The notes under the pieces are model-generated. The model made no database searches. It was not told where the DNA came from and was given only the letters and a program-made list of their open reading frames with translations. Below are positions 36,773 through 45,639 of a stretch of 48,553 bases of DNA, in pieces. The stretch covers positions 1 to 48,553 of the forward strand of contig MU271535.1 of NCBI GenBank assembly GCA_021432655.1, given 5' to 3'. The translations under genes were made by a program, and so were the position numbers. Numbering within the stretch: position 1 is the stretch's first letter; the number at the start of each line of letters is the position of its first letter. The DNA comes from Atractiella rhizophila. Its lineage: Eukaryota.

Positions 36773-37308
36773 ATGGCATTCTTCGGTAAGTTCTTTCCTT
36801 TATATCCAGGGCAAGCGTGGCTGTAGTAAAATATATCACATCACACGAGCCTTCCTTTCCAGAATGCTCGAGGCATTCCATATTACTTACACATCATCTT
36901 TTCTGCACCATTACATTGTCTTTCCTTCTCTCTTGCACTTGTAGTAAAGGGACGCAGACACCCTATCAAACAGACTTAAAAACTTTCATGCTCGAACATG
37001 ACTAACAAATGTACACACAGGATTCCGTGCTTGGCCGGTACCTTTCGTAGGACCCGTGAGTTTCACCTCTCACACCTCAGCATTGTATTGACGGTGATCC
37101 ATCATCGCGAAGATGTGGGTCTTCGCTGCAGGAGGAGCCTTGACTTGGTGGCAGATCAAAAAAGCTCAGGACGCTTTGCTTCAAGGTATGTTCGCTTCTA
37201 TTAGGTTACAGGTTACATATTCTGATCTTTCCGCCTTTCGAAGCCCCCGAATACCGTGACTCTCCCAAGAACCCTTACCGAAATGCTGCCGCTGCTGAGC
37301 ACCACTAA
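36773..37308 (+). CDS. ATP18: Mitochondrial ATP synthase subunit i/j, 4 exons (absent from ORF track)
   Basis: Splicing gives MAFFGFRAWPVPFVGPMWVFAAGGALTWWQIKKAQDALLQAPEYRDSPKNPYRNAAAAEHH*: W/YP..P, a single TM segment and a PxNP tail match subunit i/j. Confidence 0.88.
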
Positions 37309-37511
37309 GGAAACTCTTACCATGTTTCGTCGGCTGCCTGCGTAATTAGAATCAAATTCCTCTATCCACACTCTGCACCGAAATGTGGGTGGTGTAAGGC
37401 TGCTTGTTGCCTGAACCAACACTGAGCGCCGACAAATTCCGTAAATTGCCTTCAACCTCAGCGCAATTTCATATAATTGGACGTTATTTGAAGGGATAAC
37501 ATTTTGGAGAA

Positions 37512-38291
37512 CTAAGACGCAGCCAGAATGGCACTTATGATGTCGTTGTCGTTCTCTTTTAGCGCTTTCACCGCTCTCGCTCTTGAGCAATTCACCTGAA
37601 TGGAAACACATCAATGCCGATCAAAGGAAGACACTCTAGAGCTTACCTGTTGCATCACCAATTCAATGTCTTTCGCATCCACCCCAGTCTCGTCTACTTC
37701 TCCCTCCTCTTCCTCTTCAGCTTTCACGGCGGCGGGAGCTGGTGCTGCCGGCGTCGTTTGTGCCGCGGCACTGAGATCTGGAGCGAAAGAAGACGCCAAA
37801 CCACCGGTCTGCGACTGATCCTCTACTTTCGCCTATTCTCGTTCTCGTCAGTACGGTGATCTGAATTACAAGTCAGACCAACCTCGCCAAAGACAATATA
37901 GCATTCCGAATTGGGGGATTTGTAAACCTCAGGGTTAGAGATCACTAGGAGAATCTGTATCAAGCCTGCTTAGCCGTAATTCAATGATCGAAAATGTGAG
38001 GAGCATACACCCTTGGGCCGCCTGAGTGTAACGCGATTGATACCGGGCACTTGCTTCAATCCCAATTTGGCAAGCGCCTTCCTGCACAGCAGTGTCAGTG
38101 AGCTGCCATTGCTTGAGTTTCACAAAAAAACCAAAGTACCTGCTCTTCTTTTCTGCACGGCTTTGAAGGTTCGACTTGTCCAACGGGGACAAATTAGCTG
38201 CGTCTCTGGCAGCAGCGAGATCTTTGTCCTTCTCCAATTCCTCGTCGGAGGACTCAGACGCCACTTTGTCAGCGATTTCTTCGATTGACAT
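37512..38291 (-). CDS. EGD2: Nascent polypeptide-associated complex alpha subunit
   Basis: [49 protein letters not shown] domain [45 protein letters not shown]. Confidence 0.95.
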
Positions 38292-38465
38292 CTGTGAAAT
38301 CTGCAGCGTCAGTCTTTCCCCTTACAAGCGCAAGAAAATGCATGCCTTGATAGCGGATTGGACTGCAATGCCGTGGACACTTTAGGGCCACGATGTGGAG
38401 GAAGAAAATAAAGGCGGACGGCAATAAGTTACAACGGTTCCGAACACAACGACGATACCACAAAA

Positions 38466-40628
38466 ATGTCCTCGACAGTTCTCGCCAGCGATTCCAATAG
38501 TAAGGCAGGGGCTGGACCGAAGACGCGTGGAGCGCGTAAAAGGTTAAAGCAGAAGGAAAAGAAAGAGGGGAAGCTGCTCATTACCCCATCCAATGCGACG
38601 GCACCCGTACAGGAACTTGTACCTGAGAAGCCACCGGCAAGCTTCTTCTTGTGGCATGTAGGACGGGCTAATGGTATTGCATAGACTGTCCCTTCCGCTC
38701 CAGAGCCTAAGAAGGAGGAAGAGGATGAAGCGTTCGACGATTTCATGGACGAGGACGAGCAGAAAGACGAGATTACACAGGCTTTTGAAAGTGTTTTTTC
38801 GCGTTTTCAAATACTGGAAACACCTACAGAAGTGACTACTTTCCCTGCGAGCGGGTAATGAGTTTCTGACATCTTGCTGCCAGGGACAGAATACAGAAAC
38901 ACAGGGCACAGGTGGCGAGAATGGAAAGGGCGAAGTAATCTACTCGGATGAGGAGGTCGCCTCAGATGAGGAAGACAAGGAACCGGTAATATCTAAACGC
39001 AAGCTCAAGAGGCTCAACCGCCTTTCTGTGGCAGAGCTCAAGCGCATCGTGAAACGCCCTGACGTTGTCGAGTGGGTGGATGTTACCGCCGCTGACCCTC
39101 GATTACTTGTTCAAATCAAGAGCCACAAGAACACAATCCCGATTCCTCAACATTGGAGCCAGAAGAGAGATTATCTCCAAGGGAAGCGTGGTATCGAGAA
39201 ACCGCAATTTCAGCTACCAAGCCCGTTTACTCTCTCTCCTCTATGACCAGTATGCTAAACAACGCACAGGTTTTATTGCGGACACCGGAATTGCCACTCA
39301 GCGCGATGCTGTAAAGGAGAAGGAAGAGACCATGTCGCTCAAAGCAAAGACACGGGAGAGAGTCCAGCCGAAGATGGGGAAAATAGACATCGATTATCAA
39401 AAGTTACACGACGCGTTCTTCAAGTTCCAAACGAAACCACCCATGACAGTTTTTGGCGAAATGTGCCTTTTTCATTCATAGTGTAGATGTTTTGCTGAAG
39501 GTGCTAACAGGTACTATGAAGGGAAAGAGTTTGAGACAAAGCTGAAGGAGAAACGTCCAGGCGACCTTTCTGACGAACTCAAGGAAGCACTCTCAATCCC
39601 GCCACTCGCTCCACCTCCGTGGTTAATTAGCATGCAGCGATATGGGCCGCCTCCGTCCTACCCGGCACTCAAGATTCCTGGTCTCAATTGTCCAATTCCT
39701 GAGGGGTAAAATTTTCGCTCCCTTGTGTCTCCACGCTGACAAATTTAGTGCCCAATGGGGTTTCCATCCAGGAGGTTGGGGAAAGCCACCAGTCGATGAA
39801 TACCAGCGACCTCTCTATCGCGATGTCTTAGGAGGATTTCCGATGACAATGGAGAACGATGTGGGTCTTATTGTCTCTGTCCATTTTCAGCCCTTAACGC
39901 GCATTCAGAATGTAAACATCGATAAGGCTCTCTGGGGTGAACTTGAACCTGAAGAGGAAGGTGCGTCAACTCCCCAGTCGATTCTGCAGAGAGGGGTTGA
40001 TGTCGCCATTTTAGAATCGGAGGAGGAGGAGGAGGAGGAGGGAGAAGAAGTTGTCGAAGCGACCTCCGCTTCTCGGGAAGCACTTGACGGTATTCAAACG
40101 CCGTCGGGGTTGGAGACGCCATCCGGTCTTGCGTCTGTTACTTCTACCGTCCCGGGAGGACTGGAAACTCCAGATTTCCTTGACATCCGCAAACGACGCG
40201 AGGCAACTGAAGCCGATGATGGACGAGAAAAATCCCTGTATACGGTCGTACCAGAAAAGAAGGCTTCGATTCAAGGCCTCATGGGCAGTTCGCATGTGTA
40301 TGACCTTCGACGGAGCAACAGCACCTCAGTTTTGGGAGAGGAACGAGGCACAAAGGTACTTGACGCCGTCTAACCTCTACTCTTTGAGCTTATCAGCTGT
40401 GAATAGCGTAAAGCGGGAGTGGACGTCACTTTAAGTGAGACTGAGCTGGAAGGAATGTCGGAAGAGCAGCTAAAGGAGCGGTACGAGTCTGCCAGGAGAG
40501 CTGGTTCGACCGTAAATGTGAAACAAGTGGACACTTCCGATGTTTACGTCGAGGAATCGAGGAAACGGCAGAAAAGAGAGGAGTCCAGAAAGGAGAGAGC
40601 GAAGGATAAGGATTCCTTCAAGTTTTAG
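38466..40628 (+). CDS. CUS1: U2 snRNP splicing factor SF3B2/SAP145
   Basis: DUF382 (VAELKRIVKRPDVVEWVDVTAADPRLL, PQHWSQKRDYLQGKRGIEKP, KMGKIDIDYQKLHDAFFKFQTKP); PSP domain (PPPWLISMQRYGPPPSYPALKIPGLN, WGFHPGGWGKPPVDE); GLETP repeats; C-terminal FKF. Confidence 0.96.
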
Positions 40629-40729
40629 CATTCATCACATGTATACACATACCATACTTGGTCTACAGGCACTTTGTACACAGGCAATTTAGTTGCCAGA
40701 GATGCGTGGGACATGCTATGGCTGACATT

Positions 40730-43700
40730 TCATCGCTTTTTCTTGGGAACAACCTTTAACTCTTTCCGTGCTTGAGACAAAGTGACATATTGATGAGACT
40801 GAACAGCATGCCGGCCTTTCTTGAGGTTCGAGTCTTCCTTGTTCGACTTTTTCTTCTTCCTCGATACTTCCATCTGGCCTATCCTGTCAGAGAGTATGGC
40901 ATCATCCTCCTCCACCCATCCTCGTTTCTTGCCCGTGATCTTGTTGAACTTGACCACACCACGCTCATTCTTCTTCAAGCCCGACTCGCCCTCAGTTGCT
41001 TCTAGAAAAGCGTCGAAGACGGTAGGACCTTCCACATCCTGTTCTTCGTCATCCCTGATAACCACACGACCGTCTTCCCCAGTCTTGAAATGTGCTCGCT
41101 TCTGCCTCATTCGACTTCCTTCCGCTGCTCGCACAGATATTTTCCCGATCAATCCTTCGTCTAAAAGATCCAGGGGTTCGTCATCATCGTTCAATATGAT
41201 TCCACCGTCATGCCGTAATGACTTCACTTTCTTACCGCTATGCGACGATTTGGCGGGTGTCATCTCGATGTCTGACGTATCCGATTCATCGGTGCTGCCC
41301 ACAATTTCCTCATACGCTGTCCTAATACGCTCGCCTTTCCGTGGGGGCTACATTCCAAAAAAAAAATCAGATGGAGCATCTCAAAGTCCCCTACTTACCC
41401 CCGCATTATCCAACGTATCCTCTGTGATCGTCCTTTTCCTCTTAGCTCTGATTTGGCGCTTCTTGATATTGACCAGAAGCTTTTTGTCATCTTCAGGTAC
41501 AAATTTCTCCACAACCTCAAACCCAAATTTGCGAATTAGCCTTTCCAGAATATGTCGAATATTTGATTTGAGATGGTTCTTGTGCTCGTGAGACCAACGG
41601 ATTATCCTTGGTAGTAACGCCGGAAGATGTGGCCGGGTAAACTGAGAAGGCAAGGCGACGATGGATACTTTGACAAAACCGACGGTCGATTTTACGACCT
41701 CACGGTTGTTTGATTCAAGAAACATCAGGACGGTGGACAAGAGATTTTCAAGGGCCGTTGGGGGGAGAGAAGCTGTTGTATGTCAGTACACCCCATGGCA
41801 TGGAGTTTAAAAAAGCTCACCGTGAAATTCAAACAACAGCCGAGATAGCGACGTTATGGTTGCGCTGATGCTATGTGCGGACGTGCCAGCCAATCCAGCC
41901 GAGACCATGGTGATGTATTCTTCAATTGATGCTGGTACTAAAGGGAGGCACCCATCAGCCAAGAGGGATAACGCTGCACATTTCCTACCTTCTTCAATAG
42001 CCACACCAGCCATGCCCTGAACGAGACTCTTCTTCACCGTACCCCCGGTCTCCCCCATCTTCCTCCCCATCTTAATCAGCAGTTCGTAGCTAGCTTCTCG
42101 GCCAACCTCATTGGCGTCCTTCGTGCCCAGGATAGCTTCGGGTATCAACGAAACAAGGAGATGCAGGGAGTCAGAGGGAAGAGCATCGACAAGTCGAAGA
42201 AGGAAAATGACCCGGTCCTGCTCATCTGTCACAATCAATCGGCTACATTGACGGAACAAATCCCATACCTTTTTGGCACTCAAAGAGACAGTTTCTCCGT
42301 CTGTGATAATCTTCTCCATCCACGTAGGATCCTCTGCGACCTTAACTTTGATCAACATTCCATTCTTCTCCACCAGTTTGACGAGAATACGGTAAAGCTT
42401 TTTCTCCACGACAGCATCTTGAGATAACATTGTTTTCTCTGGAGACCCACTCCTCTTCTCCAGTAATGCAGAAGTTTGGTTCAGAATTTGAACCGCCAGC
42501 CTCTGTGTCGACACGCTTGCGAGCGCTATCATAAAATCTAGCATGGAATGCGCCATTGGCTGCGTGGATTTCGACGAAGTCGCGTCAAAGGACTGGTCCA
42601 ATTCTGGCACGAGAATACCGTTGATTCGGGTGTACATGTTCTTTAGGTCCTGATGATAGATTCAGCATTCATGAACACGCAAGATGGCGCACGCACTTCC
42701 TCATCCATGTTACCTAACCAAATTTCGACACAGTCCAAGACGTAACCAGAACCTGGGGGCATCCGACCATAAAGATTGGCTAGAACACCCAAGACAGATA
42801 TTGCTCTTTTGCTCCCCAAAACACCATCTTTCTTGAAGAGCTCTAGAACCCGTTCCACTGTCCAACCGGTCTGTCTCTGTAATGATAAAGATAAGTCGTC
42901 CTGCCGGGTAGTGGATTTGTTGCGGAACGGTGCAAATGATTTAACCAATAACCCAAGCCCATTGATGATGGCGGGCCTTGTGGTAGGACGGGAGTACAAG
43001 ATATTGCCCAATGTATTAAGAAAGTCGTTTGACAACTCTTCTTCCAAATCAACAGGCAGAGTGCAATAACGCGGGAAGATTCCAAAAATCTGATCGAGCA
43101 CCAGTTCCAAAGTGGCCTTCAGCTCTGCTCTGTTCTGCGAGTTGGTCCTGCCCTTTGCGATCGCATGACCGTCCGATTTTTCGCACTCTGCGACCAGGTC
43201 GAACACTTTCTGGCATTTCTGCATCCAGAACTCTTTAAAGTGCCCAAAGCGTTCATTCTCTCCTCCATAGTGTTGAAAAAGAGCCAAGAGCCACGCTCGT
43301 TCCGGGGCATCTGCAGAAAGCCCAAGGCTCATTTCCACGCCGCCACCTTCTTTAGATAGGGTCCATTCAATGCCGCATGCGTTGATTATGGCCCCAATTG
43401 TCCGCTCGACTTCTTTTCCGAACTCAAACTTGTCAACCTCAGCCAAGTCTCTCATTTTGACAAGAGTCTGTAGAGAAGGTCTTAAGAGAGAATGTCCCAA
43501 TGGTGACTTCCGCATCTGTGAAGCGGAGTCCAATGCCGGTCGAAACCGCATTTTAGTCTCTACAAGGTCCTTCAAAACTTCCAATAAACTTGGAAGAGAG
43601 ATGGGGTTCGAATTAAACTCCAACGAAATGAGACGCGCTCTCAACTGTTCAAGTGACCAGGTTACGAGCGTTGTCTCCTTTTGCGACGCAATTAGTTCCT

Positions 43701-44691
43701 CGTCGTCCAAACAAGTCCGTATCATGGTCTTCAGGCAGTTCTCAGATGCCTCACGGGTTTGATTATCCACAGAGGGGTTTGGCATAATCGAAAGGATCGC
43801 AACAAACTGATCCTTAAAAAGCGCCTTCCCATGAAAACCAACGAAACTCCAACCGGCTTCGACAGAATCCAACCAAGCCCGTAATGATCTATCGTCGCCT
43901 CGAAGTCGCAAAAGTTGTTTGAATGTATCCAACAGAAATGCTGCCTTAGCGGTAGAGAGAGCTCCTTTCGATTGGCACCGGAACACACTATCGAGAAACT
44001 GGTATATGCTGTTCTGCACATGGTTGGTTTGACTTCCTGAGGATGTTGACGGAGAAAGATAGTGAGATAACAGAGGTACCAGCACCGAGATAAAATTTTG
44101 GAGAGTCTAGACAAACTCATCCAATGCTGTCAGAACGAGGATCTAGTGACATACCCGTTCGCGCGGCTGAGTTGATTCGAGGCAGACCTTGGCCCCTTGC
44201 AGCACACCGATGAGGACACTGGGCTCGGCATTCGCTCCCTCTTGTTGAAGCCATTGTAGTGACCAATCCCAATCCGGAGCGTCTGCTGCAATCTGCCAGG
44301 CAAGTTTTCGAACTTTAGGCTGAGCATGGATGAGAGCTGGATTCAAGACAGTAGCTGTCAGTGAAGAGGGTTTTTGTTCAAGAAAAGAATATATTTTCAG
44401 GAGCGCCTTCATCGTTGCGCCGTCAGCAACGGCGAAAGCAGGGTGGTCCTTCATCAGGCGAGTGAGAGTGTTCGATATTGAATCGGCCTTAGGTTTGAGT
44501 GATTGACCGTCTGCTGACGTCAGGAGTATCGACAATAAGTAGATGGCCTCTTTCACAACATCAGTGTCCTTGAGTGGTGGAGTGAGCAGTGCTGAGATAG
44601 CGGTAAGATAGCCTGATGGCTCCACTGATGGAAGTGTGGTCCGAATTGCATTCAGCAATGGCGTAGAGGGTATAGAAGAAAGGGAGGTCAT
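40730..44691 (-). CDS. RRP12: HEAT-repeat 40S biogenesis/export factor Rrp12 (NUC173)
   Basis: PKVRK, ERAWLL, IFPRYCTLPVDL, LIPEAILGTKDANE, EEYITMVSAGLAG, NREVVKSTVGFVKV, IRHILERLIRKFG, DKKLLVNIKKR, DEPLDLL. Confidence 0.93.
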
Positions 44692-44830
44692 GATATATCC
44701 CCCTTTTGACTTCGAGAGTAGAAGCTGAGGTATCGATCGAGTGGCGCCCTGATGCTGGGACGAGGCTGGGACAAAAAAAATTCGATCCCGCTGTTATCTT
44801 TATTCACGTGATATTACCAGCTTTCGCACT

Positions 44831-45571
44831 ATGTTCCATCTACTTCGAGGTCTGTACCAAAAGATAACCGCCAAGGATAATTTTCAAGTCCTTATTCTTG
44901 GACTCGACGCCGCTGGCAAAACTACGCTTTTGGAACTTATCAAGGCGACATATACCCAGCATCTGCAGCTCCAGCCCTCTCAAATCGCGCCGACGGTTGG
45001 CCAGAACAGTCAGTATCTACTATCACATGTTAACACCAGCTGCTGAACAGTCGGACAGTCGGACGTATCACGCTTTCTCGCTCTGACATACTCTTCTGGG
45101 ATGTCGGAGGGCAAGTAGACCTGCGGCGTCTTTGGACATCTTACTACTCAGCATCTCACGCCATCGTTTTTCTCTTGGACTCAGCAGCTCCTCAACGGTT
45201 GAACGAGGCCTGGCAAGTGCTAGGTTTGTAACTTTGATGTCAGACAATTCGTTGTCAGACTGCTCGCTTCCACAGGAGAAATCACGCGAGATTCCCGACT
45301 TAGGGATGTTCCGATCCTCGTGTTGGCCAACAAACAGGATGAGGCAAACGCACTGAGTGTAGAACAGCTGAAATCCAGCTGGGAAGAATCAGGTCCGCAG
45401 TGTCCTTCTATAAACCAGCGCTTGACATGAGGAAACATAGGCGCACGTCCTGAAACAGATATTGAATTTCTTCCTATCTCTGCCCTGAAAGGGAATGGAG
45501 TGCGTGAAGCTGTTGACTGGCTTTTTTTACGAGTACAGAATTCAAGAAAAGCTGAAGATGTTAGCTGGTGA
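44831..45571 (+). CDS. ARL3: ARF-like GTPase Arl3 (ARFRP1 orthologue)
   Basis: MFHLLRGLY N-terminus without Gly2, GLDAAGKTT, PTVGQN, FWDVGGQ, ANKQD, ISALKGNGVREAVDWL. Confidence 0.93.
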
Positions 45572-45639
45572 GAGCCAGCTTACATTTGACCATTCTTTCA
45601 GACTTCGTTTTTACGTCGACACAGTACAGAGTCATAATA

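Noticed and set aside
37020..37115. Minus-strand ATGATG...CTGA...GAAA suggesting a C/D snoRNA or hammerhead ribozyme
   Set aside because: Core motifs are incomplete, and the region is fully explained by ATP18 exons and an intron on the plus strand.
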